Assembly: GCA_050084515.1 (NCBI GenBank)
Contig: CM114271.1
Span: 9,362,001-9,426,000 of the forward strand
Origin: Blasia pusilla
Lineage: Eukaryota
DNA: 64,000 nucleotides
Reading direction: 5' to 3'
Shown: positions 24,560-38,324 of the stretch, piece by piece
Position numbering within the stretch: position 1 is the stretch's first letter
Layout of the letters: every line of letters begins with the position of its first letter
Translations under genes and position numbers: made by a program
The notes under the pieces: generated by a model
What the model was told of the DNA's origin: nothing
Databases searched by the model: none
Seen by the model: only the letters and a program-made list of their open reading frames with translations

Positions 24560-26373
24560 AGGGAATCAACTTGTGTCATGCAACCTGTCGGAATCTGACA
24601 AGTAGTAGGAATCCAATATGTCTAAGAAATAACCTGTTAGAGAAGAATGGTGTGAAGATAATGGGGGAACGAGACAAAAGTGAAGAAGCCTCCTAGAATG
24701 CCGGAAAACTTGGACTAATAGGAAAAGAAAATCACTCAAGTAGCCAACCTGTCAGAATCTGACAAGTTGCTTGAATGGATAACAGAAAATGGGGTTTAAA
24801 AAAGGTAGCAAGAGAGTCCCGATAGTAACTTTGTCAACCAGGTCTATAAATATCACAAGACAAGAGAATTTGTGCATACATCTGTAGTCATACAAGTTCC
24901 ATTTTTGGCTTCCAATTTGTCGATGTGTGACCGGTTCACAAAAACAAAATCAGAGTCCATTCAAATCAATCAGGAAAACATTACAGACATGCCCCAGAGA
25001 AGAAAAAAAATTTAAACTCCACTCGCCACCTATAGACAAACAACCCATCGGAAACCGACAGGTTGCAATAGCACACATTCATCATTTTGCAACTTCTCAA
25101 AATTCCACATGTCGCAAACTTAGTTCTTGGTTTGCAACCCGTCAATTTTCGATAGGTTGCAAACGTTGTCTAAGAACTGCAACTTGTCGGAATTCGAGAA
25201 AGTCCAAGCTCGCTCATTGGTCCCTTATTTTTATGGTTGCAAACCACATCCCTAGTTTGCAACCTGATCGTAATTTGACAGTCCTTGGTTCCCTCGTTTG
25301 CAACCCGTCGGAATTCGATGGGTTGCAAAATAAACAACATCGAGTAAATAGACCAAAAAAATCGACAAGAACAAACTAAAATTCAGCAAAAGTTTACAAA
25401 AACCATCATGGTGAAAAAACTTCTTGTCCTTTATTACATCCAAGGGAAGCTCGGAAATGTACATTTGATCTAGTCTATGATTTCTTCAGCCTCGTCATCT
25501 ACAAGTTTACTCCTAACTCTCCTAGGTTCCTATACAAAAGGAATGTCTCGGGATACAAGTGGCTCCTCTATCCGATTGTAGACGGAGATTGTAAATGTTG
25601 GGGAATTAGAGAGCCTTGGGCCCCCCTAAGTACACCATAATGGTCCCATGTAAGATGATTTGAGTCCCAACGCCTTCCTCGACAGTAAATCTTGTATGCT
25701 CTGCAAGGTGATACCCATCCAGTATCAATATGTGCTCCGCCCTTGGAAATCAATAAATCCCAACTCCAAAATGCTTCAATCAAGTTGGCTCCGAGAAATC
25801 TTTGAACTCACTCGTCATGGTCGGAGAGCTCTTCCAGAATTACTGTCAGCTTTGCCCTCTCCATTTTCAGAATTGTAGGAAGTGATGATGGTGTCACTAT
25901 CAATGGTGGCTCTGGAGCTAGATCAGTTGGCTTTGGAGGCGAGTTGTATACTCCCACTAGCCTCTTGAAATCCGCCTTTGCCTCTTTGCAAAGGTCGAAA
26001 AGTTATGGCCTTCCCTCAAGGCAGAGAATGTTCGTGCCACTCTGCCAGGCGCCTTTGATACTCGCCCTTGATTAGGCCCACTAAGTCAAAGACCAAGTCA
26101 CCCACCTCGATCAAAGCTCCATGAGCGTTTGCATCAAGGCAGGTGACTTCTCCCTTCCTCCAAGTAAGGGTGTCCCTTCCTGCATGAAAATTCTCGGGGG
26201 GGAATTGTAGAGACTATCTAAGTTATACCCATCGGAGCATGGATCCACTAGATCCGGGATCTGGAACACTTGGAATTTGTGCTCGGGCCTTACAAAGCAG
26301 TAGACAAATGAGTGGTCCATCTGTGAACAACTAGATGGGAAATAATGTTAGCAAGAAGAAAAGGTAGTAGACC
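24560..26373 (-). mobile_element. MULE copy C, part 1 (3' region and last MTase exon 26320-25808)
   Basis: MDHSFVYCFVRPEH..GGREKSPALMQTLMEL; resumes at 47376 after removing the chromovirus; left boundary approximate. Confidence 0.78.
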
Positions 26374-27375
26374 TATCTCTACTACCTTTTCTTGAACGTC
26401 AATCTTTAGTGTTGCGGAAGCGTGCGTTCAGTAGGTCACGAACTCATCGCCGATTTGCACCCAAACACGCACTCCCGTTAGTCGGGTTTGGGCCAACCGG
26501 CGTTCCAACCCACCGATTCCTCAACTCGGCGTCTCATCAAGCTCAACCTTCCTTAGTTCCTAGCTTCCAAAACATTGCAAGTCCTTCAAGACTTGGAACA
26601 GACTTCCTGGTTAGTCCAAGGATCTGAAACGGCCCTTGTGCGCCTAGCGATCCCAACTGTTCAACGGTCCTCGGGTGAGTTCCGAACTGAGACCCAAGTA
26701 ATTGAGTCGCGGCGTGAAATCCAAGAGGGATGTCTAAAATCGCCTCAATGGACTTGGTGCAGGTTTTCCAACCCAACGCCCAAACTCGCGTTCCGTACCA
26801 TGCCCTTGAGCCGCCCCGCGGCGCCCAAAGTGGGGTTTGGGTTCCAAGCACTCTCGGAGACCTTCCCCCTTACTAGTACTTCTGGGGTTCTCCAATAACC
26901 CCTCCCCTTTGGGAAAAGAGGGTCGGGCCCTTCATTGTGGCCCTCAACCCGACTCCACTTACAGTCGTTTTCGGGTTGTATCTCGGCCGCTGCTTATGCA
27001 TTTGCAGCGATCTTTAGTGCATTTGGACCAGCTCTCCATAAGCTTTCCAACGAACCCTTATTTGCTCGAAACGCTTCTTGGCGCTAAAAGTTATGACCAT
27101 AAATACAGTCGGAAACTCTCAAACGCTAGTGGCGTTCCAAATCCGGATCTTCCCTTTGGCAACCCACTTCCTAGACTCGACTTCTTTCAAGTCTCATTCC
27201 GCGTTTGGTCCAGGTTTCTCAGTCGCGACCATAACACCTGAAACGCAACTCCTCGCTCGTGTCTCGTCTCTTGTCTCCTCTTTAAGACAACTCCAACGCG
27301 CAAACCATCTTAGCGTGAGCCCGCTAATGTTCCGATGTTCCGCTTGGCACTTGTTTGGTCATGAGGGTCGTGACA
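26374..27375 (-). repeat. 3' LTR of the chromovirus
   Basis: Matches 46369-47370; adjacent to the PPT. Confidence 0.93.
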
Positions 27376-27389
27376 CTCACCCCTCTTTT
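27376..27389 (-). other. Polypurine tract
   Basis: AAAAGAGGGGTGAG on the minus strand abutting the LTR. Confidence 0.85.
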
Positions 27390-28066
27390 AGAGGTTGATG
27401 CCCTCATCAACGCAAAATTTTATTATGTCAAGTCTCCTGGGCAGCCTACCCCTTGACATTGAATTGGGTTCTGGTGGCTAACCCGCAATTCCTCTTAGTC
27501 TCTAGTTGTCGCTTTGTCCCACTTAGAATTATTAGCCTCTCCTCTTCGATAAGCCTGGACTAGTTCCAAGGAACTAACCTATCAAATAAGCTAACTAAGT
27601 GTGCAACCTTAGACTCTTTCGACTCATTACTATAAACATCACACCTGTTTACCTGGTCCACAAATCGTACTACTATTGGGTCGCTCTCGTATTCGACTTA
27701 GGTGCGTCACTAAGTTTACTTATGTGGCCACAAGTAAGATCACCCCAAGCCCCAAGACAGACTTCATGTGCCCCGCCGACGCTAGGGCGAGCCCGAGTGT
27801 AATCCAACACAAGGTCTTGTTCTAGGTGCTTATCCACATACGAGCTCTCACCTCAAATACTCCTTGTCTGCCCTCTTGTCGTACATTCTAAGCCTATGAT
27901 GAACGACTCATAGCCATGCACTACCACATACAAATTGCAATCAACACTGGTATCGAATCTCCAAATCCATACACTCCTTTATTGCAACGCTAGCATATTC
28001 TAGTTACAACGGCCTTCGGCCCAAGATTCCACTGGTTACAAGTCATGTCTCTAGCTTCTCCTCGTA

Positions 28067-29619
28067 CTAACGTATGTGCTTTGCTTGTGTTCGCTTGAAG
28101 TCACGCAACAACTCTTGCGCGTGTTCCAAATCTGCCTCCGCAATCCAAGTCGCCTCCTTCACATGGTAGCCCTTCCATTTGACCAAGTATTCATACTTGT
28201 TGGCCCGACGCCTCGAACGTAAGATGGTCTCCACCTTGAACTCCGGCTCTTCATTTACGATGACCGGGTGCGGTCTCACCACCTGTCTCCGCTCAAAACG
28301 TCCATTATCTTGAAGATATTTCTTCAACAATGACACATGAAAGGTCGGGTGAATCTTGAACTTGTCTGGCAGCCTCAACGTATACACATCCTCAAACGGC
28401 TTTGCCACAATCACATACGGTCCAACATGCTTGGCAGACAGCTTTGCAGACAACTCTTTCGGAAGAGTGAGATTCTTCACACTCAACCACACTTGTTCTC
28501 CAACTTGGAATCGTACTTGGCGCCGACTCTTGTTAGCATGCTTAACGTACCTGATTTGAGCCTTTGCAAGACTTCGCATCTCTACCAACAAACCTTCTGC
28601 CGTCGCTTGTCGTGTGCGTGCCAATGTAGTACCCTTCGAAAGGGCTAGATCAAGAGGCCCTTCTGGCTCTCGTCCATTTGCCAAGAGAAACGGAGATTCT
28701 TGATTTGAGAATGCGCTTGGTCGAGTTGTAGCAAGATTCCGCCATGCTCACCACGGACCCAATCGCGTTGATCAAGACTCGACATAATTCCTAAGTATTG
28801 ATTCACGATAGAGTTTACCTTTTCATCGTCCATCCGTCTCGTGGGTGGAAAGCCATCGAAACTCAGCTTGGTCTTAAACCTTTCAACAAGTGCTTCCGAA
28901 AGCATCGGTAAACTTTGATCCCGATCTGAAACAATGCTCCTCGGCAAACCATGAGCACGCCACCAGCTATCGAGGAATAGCCGCGCGCCGTCAGATACGC
29001 CGCCGATCGGAATCCACCGTCGGCACGAATCTCGCCAACTTGCTAAACCGATCAACAATCACAAGTATAGCATTGTATCCTCAGATTCCGGAAGACTCGT
29101 GATGAAATCCATACTCACACTTTGCAAGGGTCCTTCAGGATCGGCAAGGGATGCAGCAAGCCCCATTTCTTATCATAAGAGACTCTATTCGCTAAGGTGT
29201 CACATGAGGTCTTCACATATTGAGCAACATCCTCTTTCATGTTGGGCCAAAGAACCGCCGATGTAACAGCCTAGCGAGATTTCTCTCCTTTATGTCTCGC
29301 CAAGGGCCCGTCGTGACATTCCGCTAACACCTTGGTTCGCATCCCGCCTTGCCCTACATAGATCCTACTGTTTGAACCTTAGTAAACCGTGCCTCAAACT
29401 TATGTTGGCCACCTTCTCACCCCGCTTCAACTTCCTCAGGTATTCCCCTGCTTGAGCATCCTTCATATATCCTTCACGAATCCTTCTTTCCAGATCTGTT
29501 TCCTTAGGGAACATTGCTCTCAAGACCTGTGTCATCGATGGCATGTGTTCCTCCTTGCAACTTAACGCATCTGGAATCACATTATCTTTACCTGGCTTGT
29601 GGATCAACTCTACATCCAT
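28067..29619 (-). pseudogene. Chromovirus pol 3' part: integrase + chromodomain
   Basis: HKPGKDNVIPDALS, HGLPRSIVSDRD, VGPY, IHPTFHVSLLK, ETILRSRRR..EYLVKWKGY..ATW; frameshifted. Confidence 0.92.
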
Positions 29620-29624
29620 CAGCG

Positions 29625-31821
29625 TGTGATACCCACAATTTTGTAATCTTGAAGAATATATCTTTTTATTCAACGAAGACTCTTGTATATTATGATTTTG
29701 ATTATGATTATTTATTATTATGAAGAAGAATAAGTGAATCACCAAGCTCCTAAGACAAGGCAGAGAGATGAAGATCAAGGATTTGCCTTAGAGGAGAATC
29801 AAAAGCTGTAACAAAGTATAAAGGATCAACGTGAAGCTTAGGGAAGCTTAACAAAGTCTAACAAAGCTCAACGAAGCTCTATATACAAAGTACTTCGCTC
29901 TTGACCGAAGCACGAAGCACGAAGCACGAAGAGAATGAAGAACTTCGTCCTCCGGAAATTTAGCGCAGCGAAGCTCAGCATGATTGTGATTCGAACCGAC
30001 ACATAGTTTAAACAATTAGACTAGGAAAGGGCGCAACCCTTTGTATCAAATTGGTAGTTAGAAGAGTTTTGTACCACGGATTCACAGGGATCGTAGGAAA
30101 AGCTAAGAGAACCATAGATCTAGGTAGTTACAGATATTGAAGAGACACCAACTTCATCAAGAACGCTTTGGATCATAGAAATGCTCCTACTCTCGAGAAT
30201 ATTTAAGAAACAGGACATAAGCTATTATTATCATTCGCTCATGAAGTCCTTATGCTGTAGGAATGGTCCGAGCAAGAGAGTTGTACCCTCTCGAGCTTGT
30301 ATATACTTTGAAGTCTTCCAATTCTTGATGGAGTAGTAAAGCATTCATTCATTCATTTTGATGTGCGATGCTTATGTCTGAATATTCTTTTTGGGTCTGC
30401 CGAGTGAAGAGTGAATCAGGCGAACCTGTCGTGCGCCTACTCTCCTTGAACGTTAATCTTGTTTGTTGCGGAAGCGTGCGTTCAGTAGGTCACGCTCTCA
30501 ACGCTGATCTGCATCCAAACACGCACTTCGGTTAGTCGGGTCTTGGATCAATCAGCGGGATTACTTTCCGAGTTCTCGTCTCGGACTCTCTCTTCAAGCT
30601 CAACCTTCCTAGTTTCGCGGTTTCCAACACGGGCAAGTCTCGAAAGACTTGGGACAGACTTTCTGGTCGGTTCAGAACTGAAACGGCGTTTCGCGCCTAG
30701 CGGTTCCAATGTCCGATGAACATCCAATGAGTTCCTCACCAAGACTCGCACAAAGTGAATCTCGGGTTGGAATCCAAGTGTGGCGTACAAAGTCCACTCC
30801 CTTGGATCAGGTTTGGGTTTGGGTTTCGCCAAACTCCCGTTTCATCCCGTGCCTCAAACGCCGTTTGGCGCCCAAAGTGGGGTTTCGTTTCCGAGACATC
30901 TCAGAGAAGGTACTCCCCTTACTAGTACTTCTGGGGATCTCCGGGGCCCCTACATTTAGGGGAAAGACACCGGGCCCCTCCATTGGCCCTCAACCCGATT
31001 GCTCTCTGAATCGTTTTCGGCCAATATCTCAGCCTGTACTCATGCATTTGCTGAGATCTTTGGTGCGTTGGAAGCGTCTTGAGATCAGCTTTCCAACGCG
31101 CCCTTACTTGTCCCAAAGGCATCTCGGAGCTCAACGTTATGGTCCTAAACAAAGTCAGATTCTCCCAAACGCTAGTCATGTTCCAAACTGGTTCTCACCT
31201 CTTTGGCAACCAACCTCCAAGACTCAACTCATCTCAAGTCTCGGCTCGCGTTTGGTCTAGGTTTCCTGGTCGCGACCACTAACGCATGAAACGCACAACT
31301 CTGTTCCACGTTTCGTCTCTTAGACTTTTCCAAGAGACTCTACCAAACGCCTCTCCAAAGCGCAAACCTCGCGGCGTGAGTTCCTTTGAGTTCTGATGTT
31401 TCGCTTGGCGCGTATTTGGTATTGTTTGGTTATGAGGGTCGCGACAGAACCTTTCTCATCAATGGAATAATCAACATAAAGTTGTATGAAATCTGTTTGA
31501 CAGAGAGTAACCTGCCCCGAAGGATTGAGTTCCGAAAGTAGGAGAAGCCAGCTTTATTCTTGAGGTCTCTGTGAGGTTCCGAGATGTCGAGAGAACAAAT
31601 TGCTTGAGCGTACTTTAAACTCCACTCGAGAGAATTGAAGAAGAAAACATAGGTACTAAAAAGGATCGGAAGATGTTACTGGAATATTACATTTGAATGA
31701 CATAATCAATTACACTTTTACAACATAATCATCACTTTATACTCTCTTTTCATCCAACAATGATCCTCTTGGGGATCGAACTCTACAATTGACTGTAAAT
31801 AAGAAACACTTAGACATTACA
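29625..31821 (+). repeat. 5' LTR of the nested Gypsy (contains a solo LTR insertion)
   Basis: 29888-30426 and 31452-31821 match 42362-43277. Confidence 0.85.
30427..31446 (-). mobile_element. Solo LTR (1020 bp), diverged relative of the chromovirus LTR
   Basis: TGTCGTG...CGCGACA; TSD GAACC at 30422-30426 and 31447-31451; absent from the partner 3' LTR. Confidence 0.92.
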
Positions 31822-31838
31822 TATAGTCAAAGACTTTT

Positions 31839-31856
31839 TGGCGCCGTTGTCGAGGA
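31839..31856 (+). other. Primer binding site, tRNA-Asp type
   Basis: TGGCGCCGTTGTCGAGGA resembles TGGCGCCGTTGCCGGGGA. Confidence 0.7.
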
Positions 31857-32600
31857 TCATATCCTTGGTTGAGAAGGGAGAGAAAGACCCATGGGGAAGT
31901 AGAGAACGGAGAAAGAAGCTTGGCTCCTAGACAACCCCACATTCTAGTTCTTACTAAAGACCATCGGCTAGCTCTAGCGACCCCCGTAAGACAATGTATG
32001 CTTGAAGATAACAATACAGTTGTTGCATTGGTGCTAGAGAAGATAGACCAACTAATTATAATGGTCAAAGAACCAGTCGCCGAACGGTGCTTCGCCCATG
32101 GACGATAGTTGTACTTGGTGAAAACCCGGTACTTCTGTCTATGGGAGGAAAACCTGGCAGGAAGCGTAGGAGCACCAAGCACCCTCCTGTAGATGTAAAA
32201 AGAATCAGTAGTTAACCTCCATCCATGGACCCTTACCCTATCGCCACCGTGGGGGTGAACGCAAGTTGCCAAATCCCCCAAGAGACTTATGGAAGGCTCT
32301 CAGCCCTCTTCGCGAGAGCAGCGAGCCGATCGGCGCAGTAAGCAGTAGGAACAACAACCGGCTTGGAGACCGCCTGGTTTGTCTCTGAGTCTTTGTCCTC
32401 GTCCGAAGGCGAAGAGCAAGAAGAAAGAAAGGGACAAATTCTCCATTACGTCCCATGCCAGTTTGCAGTCGGACGAAGAGTCGTCCTGGGACCCCTTTGG
32501 GGAGTCAGGGAGCGAGGATCCAATCAGAGCACCTTGGGCGGCACCTTTACCTCCTCCCTCTTGAGCATCAAGCTCGGGAGCCAGCAGGAGAGCAATTCCC

Positions 32601-33863
32601 ATGGCCAACACTAGAAAAACTCTGCTAAGGTACCCCACCTTTGCTGGAGGCCGACGAGACGATGTGGATAACTTTGTTCTTGAATTCACCCATGTCGCAA
32701 AAGCCAACGGGGAAGGGGCAGAGGAGGATTTGTTACGAGTCTTTCCGGGCCTGCTCAAGAAGCGAGCAAGCCAGTGGTACGAAGGTCTCGAAGCAGAAGT
32801 CACGGAAACTTGGAAAAGGGTCTTGGAATCCTTCCTACATGAGTTCCGCGACTTGGAGTTCGAGGACAGGCTTCTTACAAAGCTTCGCGACCTGAAGCGT
32901 GGAAAGAAGGAGACCCTCCGGGAATATACCCAACGGTTCCGGAGCCTTGTGAATAAGCTAGAACACACGACTACCTCCCAATTGGTAGATTGGTTCGTGT
33001 CTGGCTTGACCAAAGAAATGGATCGGTATTTCCGGAGAGGCCAACGGGATTCCCTGGAGGCGGTCATAGCCTCTGCTGAGGCGTACAAAGCCTCAAAAAA
33101 GTCCCGCCGAACACGAAGACGGCGTCACCAACGAAGAGGGGCGTCGCAGACTAGTGCTTCGTCCGAAGACGAAGCGTCCTCCACCGACACGGAATCCTCT
33201 ACAGAGGATTCGTCCGAGTCCTCGGACTCAGAGCTGGAGGTAAAAGCTAAAAGGAAAGGGAAGAGCAGGCGTCATCGCTCCCCCAAGCACCAGACCAAAA
33301 CCCGACCAAGTTCCAATCGTCGTCCTCAGCGGTCGGAAAGTCCAGTAAGAGGGACGCCAAGGAAGGCCGGCAAGTCGGCCATGGAGGAACTCAATAAACA
33401 AATGGTTGAGTTGAAGGTACATCTGACGGCCCAAAAGGACCCCAGAAGACGACCCGGGCTGATGAGGCCCAACATTTGGTGTAGTAGTTGTGGAACCCAG
33501 GGGCATACTATACAAGAATGCCCTACTCAGAGGGATCTGCGGTGGGTCCAGGAAGAGGCCCCTATTGAAGAAGGATGGTATGAACCAGAACAGTGGGAAG
33601 GGTGCTATGCCGTTCAAGCGGTGCCACCCCCAAACCCTGGGAGAAGCTGGATCACATGGTATGTACCTCCGGAATATGGAGAACAGAGACCCCTGAGACA
33701 GATTATGGGTGCGGCGGCCTTCACGCCACCCATCAAAAGAAATTGTTGTTATAACTGCGGCGCAGCAGACCATTGGGCCAATAATTGCCCAAACCCAAAG
33801 CGACCAGTGGGACTCAATCCCTTATGCGGGAACTGCAAGAAGGGCGGGCACACTGCCGTGTAA
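32601..33863 (+). pseudogene. gag: gag of the nested Gypsy
   Basis: Retrotransposon gag core (ASQWY..F..ETLREYTQRF); CX2CX4HX4C knuckles; stop inside the third knuckle. Confidence 0.88.
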
Positions 33864-34569
33864 TGCCTGGAGCCCAAGGTCCCGCGTTTGTTGGTCAGAT
33901 ATGTAAATACTCCCACGGCTCAACCAGAGCCCAAGAACGATGTAAATGTACAACTGGTCCGGGTGGAAGAAGTAGTGTCCCCGAGACCAAAGCAAGTCAC
34001 CATCAGTGAGGAAGACTCGACCAAAGGGGCCAACGAGGAATCATCGGACTGGCCCAAAGAATTTCAAGAAACTGTGTTGGCGATCACCACGAGATCGGAG
34101 AGTCAGACCGCAGGGACCCCAAAGGTAAAGAAGGGTGCCGTCTTTCGCCGGGCTAGGGAGCCCAAGAAAAAGCGTGAACACCTTACGTGCCGGAAGGCCA
34201 TCCTCAAAGGCGATGTGGACCCGGCCTTTGACCGAAGTCATCCGAAATACTTCCATCAGGATGTGGAGGACCAGGTCCGTGCTCAAGTTCGGGAGGCCAG
34301 AACCGAGGGGAAACAGACCCCGAGATAAGACAAAGGCCAAACCAATACGACGATACCCAAGCCATGGCGACATCACCACTGGTCCTAGAAGATTACGATT
34401 TATCGAGGACTTGGCGTCAACCCCCGCCAACATAACCTCTTTCTGATTGCTAATGGATAACCCAAGATACGGAAAAATCTTGCAAAGTGGAAAATCAGCC
34501 GCAAAAGACCCATAAAGTCGAAGCATCCGCGATGGTGGATTTGTTCGCATCAAGTAGAAGACTTGGGAG

Positions 34570-37500
34570 CCCTGAAGTGGAGGTGGAGATTGAGGGCCAT
34601 ACTATTAAGAAGGTCCCCATTGATCCGGAAGCGGAATCAATATTATGATTGAGCAAACAGCTCGGGCCCTAGGGTACACGGTGTACGAGCCCACAGACAA
34701 GTACTTGCGGTTTGCGGATCAATCTCGGAAGAGACCCTCTGACGACTCACGCAAATTCCGACCATGCTCGGGGTGTTGTTTCGTTGGACTACTTAGTCTT
34801 GCGCCCCGACCGCGACGGGCTATCCTTTGCTCATCGGAAGACCCTGGTCGTATGGGCGAGGGTGACTACAGATTGGAAAAGGCGACGTTTCACGTTCAGC
34901 GCCGAATTAGGACTCGAAGCGGCTCATCAAGCTATCGTGGAAATCTCGACCACCCCAAGGAGAGACGCCACCGACTGACGACGGCTATACGTCAGATCAA
35001 GACAACACCACCGCTACTGAGTCCTCGTCCAATGTATATTATTGAGAATGTTATGAAATAGACGAGGAGGCAGTACCCTCCAAGCCAAGGTCGACTCGAG
35101 AGGAAGAGAAGCTAGGTCATAGCACCTTCCAGTTTGCAGAAAGCATGGTTCAGGAGCAGGACTACGTCCAGGTCAATATTGCAGATCAAAAGTCTCTACG
35201 CCTTTCGGCGGATTTGTCTCCCACCACACTTATAAAATATAAAAGACTATTGTTTGAGTATTTGGATGTCTTTGCATACTCCATGGATGAAATGACAAGC
35301 ATTCCCGCACAATATGGTGAACACCGAATTGATCTTAAAGAAGGGGCGGTCCCGGTGCGAATGCGACAATATCGACTGAATCCAAAGTACTCATTGTTAG
35401 TCAAGGACGAGATCGATCAGCGTCTCGAGGCAAGAATAATCTATCCGGTGTTAAGCAGCAAGTGGGTGTCGCCCATCGTAATTGTGCCTAAAAAACAAAC
35501 GGGCAAAATCCGAGTGTGCCAGGACTATCGGAAATTGAATGCGGCCACCTTAAAAGACCACCATCCTCTATCTTTCACTGACAGTATTTTGGATAAAGTG
35601 GCCGGGCACGAGCGTTATACTTTCTTGGACGGATATTCGGGGTACAACCAGGTATCCATACGAAAAGGATCGTCCCCTCAACGCGTTCACGACGGATCGG
35701 GAACTTTCGCATATCGCGTAATGCCTTTTGGGTTGTGCAATGCCCCAACTACTTTCCAACGGATGATGATCTCCATCTTCCAGGAGTATCTTCGGAAGTT
35801 CGTGGAAATCTTTTTAGACGATTTTTGTATCTTTAGTACGGAGGCCGAACATCTGGAAAAGTTAGAGTTAACCCTCGCACGCTCTCGCGAAGTGCATTTG
35901 TCCCTTCATCTGGACAAATCATATATCGCTATGAAACAAGGAATTCTGTTGGGACACCAAGTGTCGGCGCAAGGAATTGAGGTCGACAAGGCCAAGGTGG
36001 ATATTATCGTCGCATTGGAACCACCCACTAATCTCCGGGAATTGAGAGGATTCTTGGGACATGTCGGGTACTATTGACGATTTATTAAATATTACGTGGT
36101 AAAAGCGGGCGCTCTTACTGCATTACTTAAGAAGACCACCGAATGGGAGTGGACACCAGCGTGCCAAGTGGCATTCGACACCTTAAAAGACGCATTGCAA
36201 AAGGCTCCAGTACTTCGGTCCCCCGATTGGACCAAACCCTTCCATGTATATGTGGACACATCCTCATTTGCCATTGGAGTAGTGCTCAGCCAATTAGATG
36301 AGCACAAACATGATTTTCCAATTTACTACGCCGGCCGACAACTATCGGCGGCAGAGCAGAAATATACAACCACCGAACGAGAGGCGTTAGGCATGGTCTT
36401 CTCGTGTAAAAAGTTCCGACACTATTTATTAGGGTACGAATTTGTCTTTCATGTGGATCATTTTGCACTCAGACCCTTAATGGTGAAAGCCGACCTATCA
36501 GGACGCATTGCACGGTGGATCTTGTTGCTACAAGAATTCACATTCGATGTTGTGACCCGTGCCGGCAAGGTGCATACCAATGCCAATTTTCTTTCCCGGT
36601 TGAGGATGACAAACGCGGACCTCACCCAATCTGTCGATGATACCTTTCCCGATGAAGATCTGTTCCAGATAACAGAGGAACGGTTGAGCCAGTCGTTTTA
36701 TGAGGATATTTTGCGGTTTCTAATGACTCTACGACTTCCTACCCTGATGACAGCGGAAGAACGCGCAGTTTTTTTATATCGGATAGGCCCTTATGAGATC
36801 TGTCAAGGGGTCTTATTCAAATTAGGTGCTGATGAAGAGCATCGAAGATGCTTGGAAACTGAAGAGGTTCCCCAGGTCATCAAAGCCCTGCATATGGCTG
36901 ATTCCGGTGGACACTATGCGGTAAAAAATACCGTTAAGAAAATTTTGGCTGCACGTTATTGGTGGCCGACTATGTACAAAGACATAGGTAATTTTATTCG
37001 GAGTTGTGATGCTTGCCAAAGGGCAGGTCGACCCACGGCGACTACGCGGTGGCCTTTGGTCCCCATCATGCCCCTAGCTCCTTTTGAAAAATGGGGCATT
37101 GACTTCGTGGGCCCTATCTCCCCAGCCACTCGCCAAACCCGGCGGAAGTATATTCTTATCGCCACGGACTATTGTACTAAGATGGTTGAAGCAGTAGCCA
37201 TGCGGAAAGATGACAGTGAAGCAGTGGCTAAGTTTTTATACGAGATGATTATCACGCGTTATGGCTGTCCGTTGGAACTAGTCAGTGACCAGGGTACGCA
37301 CTTCCTGAACCAAACTATTGAGTCTCTCACTTCCCACTTTCTTATTAAGCATCGGAAAACCACTCCCTACAACCCTAAAGCCAACGGGTTGACGGAAAAA
37401 TCGAACGGCCTCATTTTCCGAATATTGAATCGATTAATGGTAACATATTCCTATGATTGGGACACAAAAATTGCCCCAGCATTATGGGCGTACCGAACAG

Positions 37501-37955
37501 CTGAGAAGGTGACGAAAAAATACACCCCGTTCTTCCTGACTTATGGCGTACATCCCTTAACACCTATTCAATGGGCGTTGCCCACTTATCGGGTATTGGA
37601 GGGCACAAGAACGGAAGCTGCGGGCAAAGTTATCGAACACAGGAATGAGACCCTAGTGGAGTTGGAAGAAGCACGCATGCTCGCGTTACGCCAGACAGCC
37701 CAAGTGCAAAAAGAACGTAAGAAACGTTACGATCGACATCTCCGGCCACAATCTATCAATGTTGGCGACTTAGTGCTATTGTATGATAACTGGCGACTAA
37801 AGTTCCCCGGAAAATTAAAATTAAATTAGATGGGACCCTACCAGGTATTGGCCATCTATGATAATGGATCCCTCCAATTAGAAACCTTATAGGGAGAATC
37901 CCTGCCCACGCGAGTCAATGGAATGCATGTGCGCCGGTATTATGAGCCCGAACCT
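34570..37955 (+). pseudogene. pol: pol of the nested Gypsy (PR, RT, RNase H, integrase)
   Basis: RVCQDYRKLN, LDGYSGYNQ, MPFGLCNAP, FLDDF, YVDTSSFAIG, GGHY..CDACQ, WGIDFVGP, SDQGTHF, NGLTEKSN, GPY; stops at 36075 and 37827. Confidence 0.95.
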
Positions 37956-37999
37956 GAGGATAACTGAAACATGAGGAAGGGGGTAGGCGAACGCCCCAT

Positions 38000-38190
38000 G
38001 CTTTGCAAAGTAGCGAAGCACAGAAGTTCAAGACATACCGAGCTTTGCAAAGTCGCGAAGCACAGAAGTTCAAGACATACCGAGCTTCGCAAAGTCGCGA
38101 AGCACAGAAGTTCAAGATATACCGTGCTTCGCGAAGTAGCAAAGCACCGAGGTTCCAGACAGCCCATGCTTCGCAAAGCAGCGAAGCACA
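38000..38190 (+). repeat. 42-bp tandem repeat, ~4.5 copies
   Basis: Units start at 38000, 38042, 38084, 38126, 38168. Confidence 0.9.
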
Positions 38191-38324
38191 GGAAGTGAGG
38201 AAGGGGGAGCGTGGCAAAGACGTGAAGCGCCCACCTTCTTGTTACAGCCTCGGCGCCACGACCAAGAACGGACAGGGGGGAGCGGACTATAAGAGCAGTC
38301 CGGCGTAACCAAGCGGGTATTTTC

